Positions 32,001 to 48,500 of a stretch of DNA of 64,000 bases are shown piece by piece; within the stretch, counting starts at the first letter, position 1; every line of letters starts with the position of its first letter. The notes under the pieces were generated by a model, which was not told the DNA's origin, searched no databases, and worked only from the letters and a program-made list of their open reading frames with translations. Both the position numbers and the translations under genes were made by a program. Origin of the DNA: Eledone cirrhosa (lineage: Eukaryota); contig OZ024759.1 in assembly GCA_964016885.1 (NCBI GenBank), positions 496,001 to 560,000 on the forward strand, written 5' to 3'.

Positions 32001-35000
32001 TATTAGTAACATGACAAAGTCTATATTAGTAACATGACACAGTCTATATTAGTAACATGACAAAGTCTATATTAGTAACATGACAAAGTCTATATTAGTA
32101 ACATGAAACAGTCTATATTAGTAACATGACAAAGTCTATATTAGTAACATGACACTGTCTATATTAGTAACTTGACAAAGTCTATATTAGTAACATGACA
32201 CAGTCTATATTAGTAACATGACACAGTCTATATTAGTAACATGACAAAGTCTATATTAGTAGCATGACAAAGTCTATATTAGTAACATGACAAAGTCTAT
32301 ATTAGTAACATGACACAGTCTATATTAGTAACATGACAAAGACTATATTAGTAACATGACACAGTCTATATTAGTAACATGACAAAGTCTATATTAGTAA
32401 CATGACAGTCTATATTAGTAACATGACAGTCTATATTAGTAGCATGACAAAGTCTATATTAGTAACATGACAAAGTCATATTAGTAACATGACACAGTCT
32501 ATATTAGTAACATGACAAAGTCTATATTAGTAACATGACACAGTCTATATTAGTAACATGACAAAGTCTATATTAGTAACATGACACAGTCTATATTAGT
32601 AACATGACATAGTCTATATTAGTAACATGACAAAGTCTATATTAGTAGCATGACACAGTCTATATTAGTAACATGACACAGTCTATATTAGTAACATGAC
32701 AGTCTATATTAGTAACATGACAAAGTCTATATTAGTAGCATGACAAAGTCTATATTAGTAACATGACACAGTCTATATTAGTAACATGACACAGTCTATA
32801 TTAGTAACATGACGAAGTCTATATTAGTAGCATGACAAAGTCTATATTAGTAACATGACAGTCTATATTAGTAACATGACAAAGTCTATATTAGTAGCAT
32901 TTACAAAGTCTATATTAGTAGCATGACACAGTCTATATTAGTAACATGACACAGTCTATATTAGTAACATGACAAAGTCTATATTAGTAGCATGACAAAG
33001 TCTATATTAGTAACATGACAAAGTCTATATTAGTAACATGACAGTCTATATTAGTAACATGACAGTCTATATTAGTAGCATGACAAAGTCTATATTAGTA
33101 ACATGACAAAGTCATATTAGTAACATGACACAGTCTATATTAGTAACATGACACAGTCTATATTAGTAACATGACACAGTCTATATTAGTAACATGACAC
33201 AGTCTATATTAGTAACATGACAAAGTCTATATTAGTAACATGACAAAGTCTATATTAGTAACATGACAGTTTATATTAGTAACATGACACAGTCTATATT
33301 AGTAACATGACATAGTCTATATTAGTAACATGACAAAGTCTATATTAGTAACATGACAGTCTATATTGTAACATGACACAGTCTATATTAGTAACATGAC
33401 ACAGTCTATATTAGTAACATGACAGTCTATATTAGTAACATGACAAAGTCTATATTAGTAACATGACAAAGTCTATATTAGTAGCATGACAAAGTCTATA
33501 TTAGTAACATGACAAAGTCTATATTAGTAACATGACACAGTCTATATTAGTAACATGACACAGTCTATATTAGTAACATGACAAAGTCTATATTAGTAGC
33601 ATGACAAAGTCTATATTAGTAACATGACAAAGTCTATATTAGTAACATGACACAGTCTATATTAGTAACATGACAAAGTCTATATTAGTAACATGACAAA
33701 GTCTATATTAGTAACATGAAACAGTCTATATTAGTAACATGACAAAGTCTATATTAGTAACATGACACTGTCTATATTAGTAACTTGACAAAGTCTATAT
33801 TAGTAACATGACACAGTCTATATTAGTAACATGACACAGTCTATATTAGTAACATGACAAAGTCTATATTAGTAGCATGACAAAGTCTATATTAGTAACA
33901 TGACAAAGTCTATATTAGTAACATGACACAGTCTATATTAGTAACATGACAAAGACTATATTAGTAACATGACACAGTGTATATTAGTAACATGACAAAG
34001 TCTATATTAGTAACATGACAGTCTATATTAGTAACATGACAGTCTATATTAGTAGCACGACAAAGTCTATATTAGTAACATGACAAAGTCATATTAGTAA
34101 CATGACACAGTCTATATTAGTAACATGACAAAGTCTATATTAGTAACATGACACAGTCTATATTAGTAACATGACAAAGTCTATATTAGTAACATGACAC
34201 AGTCTATATTAGTAACATGACATAGTCTATATTAGTAACATGACAAAGTCTATATTAGTAGCATGACACAGTCTATATTAGTAACATGACACAGTCTATA
34301 TTAGTAACATGACAGTCTATATTAGTAACATGACAAAGTCTATATTAGTAGCATGACAAAGTCTATATTAGTAACATGACACAGTCTATATTAGTAACAT
34401 GACAGTCTATATTAGTAACATGACACAGTCTATATTAGTAACATGACGAAGTCTATATTAGTAGCATGACAAAGTCTATATTAGTAACATGACAGTCTAT
34501 ATTAGTAACATGACAAAGTCTATATTAGTAGCATTTACAAAGTCTATATTAGTAGCATGACACAGTCTATATTAGTAACATGACACAGTCTATATTAGTA
34601 ACATGACAAAGTCTATATTAGTAGCATGACAAAGTCTATATTAGTAACATGACAAAGTCTATATTAGTAACATGACACAGTCTATATTAGTAACATGACA
34701 CAGTCTATATTAGTAACATGACAAAGTCTATATTAGTAGCATGACAAAGTCTATATTAGTAGCATGACACAGTCTATATTAGTAACATGACACAGTCTAT
34801 ATTAGTAACATGACACAGTCTATATTAGTAACATGACAGTCTATATTAGTAACATGACACAGTCTATATTAGTAACATGACGAAGTCTATATTAGTAGCA
34901 TGACAAAGTCTATATTAGTAACATGACAGTCTATATTAGTAACATGACAAAGTCTATATTAGTAGCATTTACAAAGTCTATATTAGTAACATGACAAAGT

Positions 35001-38000
35001 CTATATTAGTAACATGACACAGTCTATATTAGTAACATGACAAAGTCTATATTAGTAACATGACACAGTCTATATTAGTAACATGACATAGTCTATATTA
35101 GTAACATGACAAAGTCTATATTAGTAGCATGACACAGTCTATATTAGTAACATGACACAGTCTATATTAGTAACATGACAGTCTATATTAGTAACATGAC
35201 AAAGTCTATATTAGTAGCATGACAAAGTCTATATTAGTAACATGACACAGTCTATATTAGTAACATGACACAGTCTATATTAGTAACATGACGAAGTCTA
35301 TATTAGTAGCATGACAAAGTCTATATTAGTAACATGACAGTCTATATTAGTAACATGACAAAGTCTATATTAGTAGCATTTACAAAGTCTATATTAGTAG
35401 CATGACACAGTCTATATTAGTAACATGACACAGTCTATATTAGTAACATGACAAAGTCTATATTAGTAGCATGACAAAGTCTATATTAGTAACATGACAA
35501 AGTCTATATTAGTAACATGACAGTCTATATTAGTAACATGACAGTCTATATTAGTAGCATGACAAAGTCTATATTAGTAACATGACAAAGTCATATTAGT
35601 AACATGACACAGTCTATATTAGTAACATGACACAGTCTATATTAGTAACATGACACAGTCTATATTAGTAACATGACACAGTCTATATTAGTAACATGAC
35701 AAAGTCTATATTAGTAACATGACAAAGTCTATATTAGTAACATGACAGTTTATATTAGTAACATGACACAGTCTATATTAGTAACATGACATAGTCTATA
35801 TTAGTAACATGACAAAGTCTATATTAGTAACATGACAGTCTATATTGTAACATGACACAGTCTATATTAGTAACATGACACAGTCTATATTAGTAACATG
35901 ACAGTCTATATTAGTAACATGACAAAGTCTATATTAGTAACATGACAAAGTCTATATTAGTAGCATGACAAAGTCTATATTAGTAACATGACAAAGTCTA
36001 TATTAGTAACATGACACAGTCTATATTAGTAACATGACACAGTCTATATTAGTAACATGACAAAGTCTATATTAGTAGCATGACAAAGTCTATATTAGTA
36101 ACATGACAAAGTCTATATTAGTAACATGACACAGTCTATATTAGTAACATGACAAAGTCTATATTAGTAACATGACAAAGTCTATATTAGTAACATGAAA
36201 CAGTCTATATTAGTAACATGACAAAGTCTATATTAGTAACATGACACTGTCTATATTAGTAACTTGACAAAGTCTATATTAGTAACATGACACAGTCTAT
36301 ATTAGTAACATGACACAGTCTATATTAGTAACATGACAAAGTCTATATTAGTAGCATGACAAAGTCTATATTAGTAACATGACAAAGTCTATATTAGTAA
36401 CATGACACAGTCTATATTAGTAACATGACAAAGACTATATTAGTAACATGACACAGTGTATATTAGTAACATGACAAAGTCTATATTAGTAACATGACAG
36501 TCTATATTAGTAACATGACAGTCTATATTAGTAGCACGACAAAGTCTATATTAGTAACATGACAAAGTCATATTAGTAACATGACACAGTCTATATTAGT
36601 AACATGACAAAGTCTATATTAGTAACATGACACAGTCTATATTAGTAACATGACAAAGTCTATATTAGTAACATGACACAGTCTATATTAGTAACATGAC
36701 ATAGTCTATATTAGTAACATGACAAAGTCTATATTAGTAGCATGACACAGTCTATATTAGTAACATGACACAGTCTATATTAGTAACATGACAGTCTATA
36801 TTAGTAACATGACAAAGTCTATATTAGTAGCATGACAAAGTCTATATTAGTAACATGACACAGTCTATATTAGTAACATGACAGTCTATATTAGTAACAT
36901 GACACAGTCTATATTAGTAACATGACGAAGTCTATATTAGTAGCATGACAAAGTCTATATTAGTAACATGACAGTCTATATTAGTAACATGACAAAGTCT
37001 ATATTAGTAGCATTTACAAAGTCTATATTAGTAGCATGACACAGTCTATATTAGTAACATGACACAGTCTATATTAGTAACATGACAAAGTCTATATTAG
37101 TAGCATGACAAAGTCTATATTAGTAACATGACAAAGTCTATATTAGTAACATGACACAGTCTATATTAGTAACATGACACAGTCTATATTAGTAACATGA
37201 CAAAGTCTATATTAGTAGCATGACAAAGTCTATATTAGTAGCATGACACAGTCTATATTAGTAACATGACACAGTCTATATTAGTAACATGACACAGTCT
37301 ATATTAGTAACATGACAGTCTATATTAGTAACATGACACAGTCTATATTAGTAACATGACGAAGTCTATATTAGTAGCATGACAAAGTCTATATTAGTAA
37401 CATGACAGTCTATATTAGTAACATGACAAAGTCTATATTAGTAGCATTTACAAAGTCTATATTAGTAACATGACAAAGTCTATATTAGTAACATGACACA
37501 GTCTATATTAGTAACATGACACAGTCTATATTAGTAACATGACAAAGTCTATATTAGTAACATGACAGTCTATATTAGTAACATGACAGTCTATATTAGT
37601 AGCACGACAAAGTCTATATTAGTAACATGACAAAGTCATATTAGTAACATGACACAGTCTATATTAGTAACATGACAAAGTCTATATTAGTAACATGACA
37701 CAGTCTATATTAGTAACATGACAAAGTCTATATTAGTAACATGACACAGTCTATATTAGTAACATGACATAGTCTATATTAGTAACATGACAAAGTCTAT
37801 ATTAGTAGCATGACACAGTCTATATTAGTAACATGACAAAGTCTATATTAGTAACATGACACAGTCTATATTAGTAACATGACAAAGACTATATTAGTAA
37901 CATGACACAGTGTATATTAGTAACATGACAAAGTCTATATTAGTAACATGACAGTCTATATTAGTAACATGACAGTCTATATTAGTAGCACGACAAAGTC

Positions 38001-41000
38001 TATATTAGTAACATGACAAAGTCATATTAGTAACATGACACAGTCTATATTAGTAACATGACAAAGTCTATATTAGTAACATGACACAGTCTATATTAGT
38101 AACATGACAAAGTCTATATTAGTAACATGACACAGTCTATATTAGTAACATGACATAGTCTATATTAGTAACATGACAAAGTCTATATTAGTAGCATGAC
38201 ACAGTCTATATTAGTAACATGACACAGTCTATATTAGTAACATGACAGTCTATATTAGTAACATGACAAAGTCTATATTAGTAGCATGACAAAGTCTATA
38301 TTAGTAACATGACACAGTCTATATTAGTAACATGACAGTCTATATTAGTAACATGACACAGTCTATATTAGTAACATGACGAAGTCTATATTAGTAGCAT
38401 GACAAAGTCTATATTAGTAACATGACAGTCTATATTAGTAACATGACAAAGTCTATATTAGTAGCATTTACAAAGTCTATATTAGTAGCATGACACAGTC
38501 TATATTAGTAACATGACACAGTCTATATTAGTAACATGACAAAGTCTATATTAGTAGCATGACAAAGTCTATATTAGTAACATGACAAAGTCTATATTAG
38601 TAACATGACACAGTCTATATTAGTAACATGACACAGTCTATATTAGTAACATGACAAAGTCTATATTAGTAGCATGACAAAGTCTATATTAGTAGCATGA
38701 CACAGTCTATATTAGTAACATGACACAGTCTATATTAGTAACATGACACAGTCTATATTAGTAACATGACAGTCTATATTAGTAACATGACACAGTCTAT
38801 ATTAGTAACATGACGAAGTCTATATTAGTAGCATGACAAAGTCTATATTAGTAACATGACAGTCTATATTAGTAACATGACAAAGTCTATATTAGTAGCA
38901 TTTACAAAGTCTATATTAGTAACATGACAAAGTCTATATTAGTAACATGACACAGTCTATATTAGTAACATGACACAGTCTATATTAGTAACATGACAAA
39001 GTCTATATTAGTAACATGACAGTCTATATTAGTAACATGACAGTCTATATTAGTAGCACGACAAAGTCTATATTAGTAACATGACAAAGTCATATTAGTA
39101 ACATGACACAGTCTATATTAGTAACATGACAAAGTCTATATTAGTAACATGACACAGTCTATATTAGTAACATGACAAAGTCTATATTAGTAACATGACA
39201 CAGTCTATATTAGTAACATGACATAGTCTATATTAGTAACATGACAAAGTCTATATTAGTAGCATGACACAGTCTATATTAGTAACATGACACAGTCTAT
39301 ATTAGTAACATGACAGTCTATATTAGTAACATGACAAAGTCTATATTAGTAGCATGACAAAGTCTATATTAGTCACATGACACAGTCTATATTAGTAACA
39401 TGACAGTCTATATTAGTAACATGACACAGTCTATATTAGTAACATGACACAGTCTATATTAGTAACATGACAAAGTCTATATTAGTAGCATGACAAAGTC
39501 TATATTAGTAACATGACAAAGTCTATATTAGTAACATGACACAGTCTATATTAGTAACATGACAAAGTCTATATTAGTAACATGACAAAGTCTATATTAG
39601 TAACATGACACAGTCTATATTAGTAACATGACACAGTCTATATTAGTAACATGACAAAGTCTATATTAGTAGCATGACAAAGTCTATATTAGTAACATGA
39701 CAAAGTCTATATTAGTAACATGACACAGTCTATATTAGTAACATGACAAAGACTATATTAGTAACATGACACAGTCTATATTAGTAACATGACAAAGTCT
39801 ATATTAGTAACATGACAGTCTATATTAGTAACATGACAGTCTATATTAGTAGCACGACAAAGTCTATATTAGTAACATGACAAAGTCATATTAGTAACAT
39901 GACACAGTCTATATTAGTAACATGACAAAGTCTATATTAGTAACATGACACAGTCTATATTAGTAACATGACAAAGTCTATATTAGTAACATGACACAGT
40001 CTATATTAGTAACATGACTTAGTCTATATTAGTAACATGACAAAGTCTATATTAGTAGCATGACACAGTCTATATTAGTAACATGACACAGTCTATATTA
40101 GTAACATGACAGTCTATATTAGTAACATGACAAAGTCTATATTAGTAGCATGACAAAGTCTATATTAGTAACATGACACAGTCTATATTAGTAACATTAC
40201 AGTCTATATTAGTAACATGACACAGTCTATATTAGTAACATGACGAAGTCTATATTAGTAGCATGACAAAGTCTATATTAGTAACATGACAAAGTCTATA
40301 TTAGTAACATGACACAGTCTATATTAGTAACATGAGAAAGTCTATATTAGTAGCATTTACAAAGTCTATATTAGTAGCATGACACAGTCTATATTAGTAA
40401 CATGACACAGTCTATATTAGTAACATGACACAGTCTATATTAGTAACATGACAAAGTCTATATTAGTAGCATGACAAAGTCTATATTAGTAACATGACAA
40501 AGTCTATATTAGTAACATGACACAGTCTATATTAGTAACATGACAAAGTCTATATTAGTAACATGACAAAGTCTATATTAGTAACATGAAACAGTCTATA
40601 TTAGTAACATGACAAAGTCTATATTAGTAACATGACACTGTCTATATTAGTAACTTGACAAAGTCTATATTAGTAACATGACACAGTCTATATTAGTAAC
40701 ATGACACAGTCTATATTAGTAACATGACAAAGTCTATATTAGTAGCATGACAAAATCTTTATTAGTAACATGACAAAGTCTATATTAGTAACATGACACA
40801 GTCTATATTAGTAACATGACAAAGACTATATTAGTAACATGACACAGTCTATATTAGTAACATGACAAAGTCTATATTAGTAACATGACAGTCTATATTA
40901 GTAACATGACAGTCTATATTAGTAGCATGACAAAGTCTATATTAGTAACATGACAAAGTCATATTAGTAACATGACACAGTCTATATTAGTAACATGACA

Positions 41001-42500
41001 CAGTCTATATTAGTAACATGACACAGTCTATATTAGTAACATGACACAGTCTATATTAGTAACATGACAAAGTCTATATTAGTAACATGACAAAGTCTAT
41101 ATTAGTAACATGACAGTTTATATTAGTAACATGACACAGTCTATATTAGTAACATGACATAGTCTATATTAGTAACATGACAAAGTCTATATTAGTAACA
41201 TGACAGTCTATATTGTAACATGACACAGTCTATATTAGTAACATGACACAGTCTATATTAGTAACATGACAGTCTATATTAGTAACATGACAAAGTCTAT
41301 ATTAGTAACATGACAAAGTCTATATTAGTAGCATGACAAAGTCTATATTAGTAACATGACAAAGTCTATATTAGTAACATGACACAGTCTATATTAGTAA
41401 CATGACACAGTCTATATTAGTAACATGACAAAGTCTATATTAGTAGCATGACAAAGTCTATATTAGTAACATGACAAAGTCTATATTAGTAACATGACAC
41501 AGTCTATATTAGTAACATGACAAAGTCTATATTAGTAACATGACAAAGTCTATATTAGTAACATGAAACAGTCTATATTAGTAACATGACAAAGTCTATA
41601 TTAGTAACATGACACTGTCTATATTAGTAACTTGACAAAGTCTATATTAGTAACATGACACAGTCTATATTAGTAACATGACACAGTCTATATTAGTAAC
41701 ATGACAAAGTCTATATTAGTAGCATGACAAAGTCTATATTAGTAACATGACAAAGTCTATATTAGTAACATGACACAGTCTATATTAGTAACATGACAAA
41801 GACTATATTAGTAACATGACACAGTCTATATTAGTAACATGACAAAGTCTATATTAGTAACATGACAGTCTATATTAGTAACATGACAGTCTATATTAGT
41901 AGCATGACAAAGTCTATATTAGTAACATGACAAAGTCATATTAGTAACATGACACAGTCTATATTAGTAACATGACAAAGTCTATATTAGTAACATGACA
42001 CAGTCTATATTAGTAACATGACAAAGTCTATATTAGTAACATGACACAGTCTATATTAGTAACATGACATAGTCTATATTAGTAACATGACAAAGTCTAT
42101 ATTAGTAGCATGACACAGTCTATATTAGTAACATGACACAGTCTATATTAGTAACATGACAGTCTATATTAGTAACATGACAAAGTCTATATTAGTAGCA
42201 TGACAAAGTCTATATTAGTAACATGACACAGTCTATATTAGTAACATGACACAGTCTATATTAGTAACATGACGAAGTCTATATTAGTAGCATGACAAAG
42301 TCTATATTAGTAACATGACAGTCTATATTAGTAACATGACAAAGTCTATATTAGTAGCATTTACAAAGTCTATATTAGTAGCATGACACAGTCTATATTA
42401 GTAACATGACACAGTCTATATTAGTAACATGACAAAGTCTATATTAGTAGCATGACAAAGTCTATATTAGTAACATGACAAAGTCTATATTAGTAACATG
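26045..42500 (+). repeat. ~7-kb block duplicated: ~26.05-33.04 kb and ~35.48-42.5 kb (offset 9,435, then 9,460)
   Basis: Marker pairs: GAAACAG 26762/36197, GTGTA 27021/36456, GACTTAG 30581/40016 (offset 9,435). After a 25-bp gain near 40.3 kb: CAAAATCTTT 31291/40751 and GAAACAG 32105/41565 (offset 9,460). Confidence 0.88.
32550..37510 (+). repeat. Tandem duplication with 2,479-bp period (~32.55-35.03 kb and ~35.03-37.51 kb)
   Basis: GAAACAG 33718/36197 and GCATTTAC 34965/37444 both give offset 2,479, and the order of intervening variants matches. Confidence 0.8.
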
Positions 42501-45500
42501 ACACAGTCTATATTAGTAACATGACAAAGTCTATATTAGTAACATGAAACAGTCTATATTAGTAACATGACAAAGTCTATATTAGTAACATGACACTGTC
42601 TATATTAGTAACTTGACAAAGTCTATATTAGTAACATGACACAGTCTATATTAGTAACATGACACAGTCTATATTAGTAACATGACAAAGTCTATATTAG
42701 TAGCATGACAAAGTCTATATTAGTAACATGACAAAGTCTATATTAGTAACATGACACAGTCTATATTAGTAACATGACAAAGACTATATTAGTAACATGA
42801 CACAGTCTATATTAGTAACATGACAAAGTCTATATTAGTAACATGACAGTCTATATTCGTAACATGACAGTCTATATTAGTAGCATGACAAAGTCTATAT
42901 TAGTAACATGACAAAGTCATATTAGTAACATGACACAGTCTATATTAGTAACATGACACAGTCTATATTAGTAACATGACACAGTCTATATTAGTAACAT
43001 GACACAGTCTATATTAGTAACATGACAAAGTCTATATTAGTAACATGACAAAGTCTATATTAGTAACATGACAGTTTATATTAGTAACATGACACAGTCT
43101 ATATTAGTAACATGACATAGTCTATATTAGTAACATGACAAAGTCTATATTAGTAACATGACAGTCTATATTGTAACATGACACAGTCTATATTAGTAAC
43201 ATGACACAGTCTATATTAGTAACATGACAGTCTATATTAGTAACATGACAAAGTCTATATTAGTAACATGACAAAGTCTATATTAGTAGCATGACAAAGT
43301 CTATATTAGTAACATGACAAAGTCTATATTAGTAACATGACACAGTCTATATTAGTAACATGACAAAGTCTATATTAGTAACATGACAAAGTCTATATTA
43401 GTAACATGAAACAGTCTATATTAGTAACATGACAAAGTCTATATTAGTAACATGACACTGTCTATATTAGTAACATGACAAAGTCTATATTAGTAACATG
43501 ACACAGTCTATATTAGTAACATGACACAGTCTATATTAGTAACATGACAAAGTCTATATTAGTGGCATGACAAAGTCTATATTAGTAACATGACAAAGTC
43601 TATATTAGTAACATGACACAGTCTATATTAGTAACATGACAAATACTATATTAGTAACATGACACAGTCTATATTAGTAACATGACAAAGTCTATATTAG
43701 TAACATGACAGTCTATATTAGTAACATGACAGTCTATATTAGTAGCATGACAAAGTCTATATTAGTAACATGACAAAGTCATATTAGTAACATGACACAG
43801 TCTATATTAGTAACATGACAAAGTCTATATTAGTAACATGACACAGTCTATATTAGTAACATGACACAGTCTATATTAGTAACATGACAAAGTCTATATT
43901 AGTAACATGACAAAGTCTATATTAGTAACATGACACAGTTTATATTAGTAACATGACACAGTCTATATTAGTAACATGACATAGTCTATATTAGTAACAT
44001 GACAAAGTCTATATTAGTAACATGACAGTCTATATTGTAACATGACACAGTCTATATTAGTAACATGACACAGTCTATATTAGTAACATGACAGTCTATA
44101 TTAGTAACATGACAAAGTCTATATTAGTAACATGACAAAGTCTATATTAGTAACATGACAAAGTCTATATTAGTAACATGACAAAGTCTAGATTAGTAAC
44201 TTGACACAGTCTATATTAGTAACATGACAGAGTCTATATTAGTAACATGACAGTCTATATTAGTAACATGACAAACTCTATATTAGTAGCATGACAAAGT
44301 CTATATTAGTAACATGACACAGTCTATATTAGTAACATGACAATCTATATTAGTAACATGACACAGTCTATATTAGTAACATGACAAAGTCTATATTAGT
44401 AACATGACAAAGTCTATATTAGTAACATGACACAGTCTATATTAGTAACATGACACAGTCTATATTAATAACATGACAAAGTCTATATTAGTAACATGAC
44501 ACAGTCTATATTAGTAACATGACATAGTCTATATTAGTAACGTGACACAGTCTATATTAGTAACATGACAAAGTCTATATTAGTAGCATGACAAAGTCTA
44601 TATTAGTAACATGACAAAGTCTATATTAGTAACATGACACAGTCTATATTAGTAACATGACAAAGTCTATATTAGTAACATGACAAAGTCTATATTAGTA
44701 ACATGACAGTCTATATTAGTAACATGACAAAGTCTCTATTAGTAACATGACAAAGTCTATATTAGTAACATGACAGTCTATATTAGTAACATAACAAAGT
44801 CTATATTAGTAACATGACAGTCTATATTGTAACATGACACAGTCTATATTAGTAACATGACACAGTCTATATTAGTAACATGACATAGTCTATATTAGTA
44901 ACATGACAAAGTCTATATTAGTAACAAGACAGTCTATATTGTAACACGACACAGTCTATATTAGTAATATGACACAGTCTATATTAGAAACATGACAGTC
45001 TATATTAGTAACATGACAAAGTCTATATTAGTAACATGACAAAGTCTATATTAGTAACATGACAAAGTCTATATTAGTAGCATGACACAGTCTATATTAG
45101 TAACATGACACAGTCTATATTAGTAACATGACAGTCTATATTAGTAACATGACAAAGTCTATATTAGTAGCATGACAAAGTCTATATTAGTAACATGACA
45201 CAGTCTATATTAGTAACATGACAGTCTATATTAGTAACATGACACAGTCTATATTAGTAACATGACAAAGTCTATATTAGTAGCATGACAAAGTCTATAT
45301 TAGTAACATGACAGTCTATATTAGTAACATGACAAAGTCTATATTAGTAGCATGACAAATTCTATATTAGTAGCATGACACAGTCTATATTAGTAACATG
45401 ACACAGTCTATATTAGTAACATGACAAAGTCTATATTAGTAGCATGACAAAGTCTATATTAGTAACATGACAAAGTCTATATTAGTAACATGACACAGTC

Positions 45501-48500
45501 TATATTAGTAACATGACAAAGACTATATTAGTAACATGACACAGTCTATATTAGTAACATGACAAAGTCTATATTAGTAACATGACAGTCTATATTAGTA
45601 ACATGACAGTCTATATTAGTAGCACGACAAAGTCTATATTAGTAACATGACAAAGTCATATTAGTAACATGACACAGTCTATATTAGTAACATGACAAAG
45701 TCTATATTAGTAACATGACACAGTCTATATTAGTAACATGACAAAGTCTATATTAGTAACATGACAAAGTCTATATTAGTAGCATGACACAGTCTATATT
45801 AGTAACATGACACAGTCTATATTAGTAACATGACAGTCTATATTAGTAACATGACAAAGTCTATATTAGTAGCATGACAAAGTCTATATTAGTAACATGA
45901 CACAGTCTATATTAGTAACATGACAGTCTATATTAGTAACATGACAAAGTCTATATTAGTAGCATTTACAAAGTCTATATTAGTAGCATGACACAGTCTA
46001 TATTAGTAACATGACACAGTCTATATTAGTAACATGACAAAGTCTATATTAGTAGCATGACAAAGTCTATATTAGTAACATGACAAAGTCTATATTAGTA
46101 ACATGACACAGTCTATATTAGTAACATGACAAAGTCTATATTAGTAACATGAAACAGTCTATATTAGTAACATGACAAAGTCTATATTAGTAACATGACA
46201 CTGTCTATATTAGTAACTTGACAAAGTCTATATTAGTAACATGACACAGTCTATATTAGTAACATGACACAGTCTATATTAGTAACATGACAAAGTCTAT
46301 ATTAGTAGCATGACAAAGTCTATATTAGTAACATGACAAAGTCTATATTAGTAACATGACACAGTCTATATTAGTAACATGACAAAGACTATATTAGTAA
46401 CATGACACAGTCTATATTAGTAACATGACAAAGTCTATATTAGTAACATGACAGTCTATATTCGTAACATGACAGTCTATATTAGTAGCATGACAAAGTC
46501 TATATTAGTAACATGACAAAGTCATATTAGTAACATGACACAGTCTATATTAGTAACATGACACAGTCTATATTAGTAACATGACACAGTCTATATTAGT
46601 AACATGACACAGTCTATATTAGTAACATGACAAAGTCTATATTAGTAACATGACAAAGTCTATATTAGTAACATGACAGTTTTAATTAGTAACATGACAC
46701 AGTCTATATTAGTAACATGACATAGTCTATATTAGTAACATGACAAAGTCTATATTAGTAACATGACAGTCTATATTGTAACATGACACAGTCTATATTA
46801 GTAACATGACACAGTCTATATTAGTAACATGACAGTCTATATTAGTAACATGACAAAGTCTATATTAGTAACATGACAAAGTCTATATTAGTAGCATGAC
46901 AAAGTCTATATTAGTAACATGACAAAGTCTATATTAGTAACATGACACAGTCTATATTAGTAACATGACAAAGTCTATATTAGTAACATGACAAAGTCTA
47001 TATTAGTAACATGAAACAGTCTATATTAGTAACATGACAAAGTCTATATTAGTAACATGACACTGTCTATATTAGTAACATGACAAAGTCTATATTAGTA
47101 ACATGACACAGTCTATATTAGTAACATGACACAGTCTATATTAGTAACATGACAAAGTCTATATTAGTGGCATGACAAAGTCTATATTAGTAACATGACA
47201 AAGTCTATATTAGTAACATGACACAGTCTATATTAGTAACATGACAAATACTATATTAGTAACATGACACAGTCTATATTAGTAACATGACAAAGTCTAT
47301 ATTAGTAACATGACAGTCTATATTAGTAACATGACAGTCTATATTAGTAGCATGACAAAGTCTATATTAGTAACATGACAAAGTCATATTAGTAACATGA
47401 CACAGTCTATATTAGTAACATGACAAAGTCTATATTAGTAACATGACACAGTCTATATTAGTAACATGACACAGTCTATATTAGTAACATGACAAAGTCT
47501 ATATTAGTAACATGACAAAGTCTATATTAGTAACATGACACAGTTTATATTAGTAACATGACACAGTCTATATTAGTAACATGACATAGTCTATATTAGT
47601 AACATGACAAAGTCTATATTAGTAACATGACAGTCTATATTGTAACATGACACAGTCTATATTAGTAACATGACACAGTCTATATTAGTAACATGACAGT
47701 CTATATTAGTAACATGACAAAGTCTATATTAGTAACATGACAAAGTCTATATTAGTAACATGACAAAGTCTATATTAGTAACATGACAAAGTCTAGATTA
47801 GTAACTTGACACAGTCTATATTAGTAACATGACATAGTCTATATTAGTAGCATGACACAGTCTATATTAGTAACATGACAGAGTCTATATTAGTAACATG
47901 ACAGTCTATATTAGTAACATGACAAACTCTATATTAGTAGCATGACAAAGTCTATATTAGTAACATGACACAGTCTATATTAGTAACATGACAATCTATA
48001 TTAGTAACATGACACAGTCTATATTAGTAACATGACAAAGTCTATATTAGTAACATGACAAAGTCTATATTAGTAACATGACACAGTCTATATTAGTAAC
48101 ATGACACAGTCTATATTAATAACATGACAAAGTCTATATTAGTAACATGACACAGTCTATATTAGTAACATGACATAGTCTATATTAGTAACGTGACACA
48201 GTCTATATTAGTAACATGACAAAGTCTATATTAGTAGCATGACAAAGTCTATATTAGTAACATGACAAAGTCTATATTAGTAACATGACACAGTCTATAT
48301 TAGTAACATGACAAAGTCTATATTAGTAACATGACAAAGTCTATATTAGTAACATGACAGTCTATATTAGTAACATGACAAAGTCTCTATTAGTAACATG
48401 ACAAAGTCTATATTAGTAACATGACAGTCTATATTAGTAACATAACAAAGTCTATATTAGTAACATGACAGTCTATATTGTAACATGACACAGTCTATAT

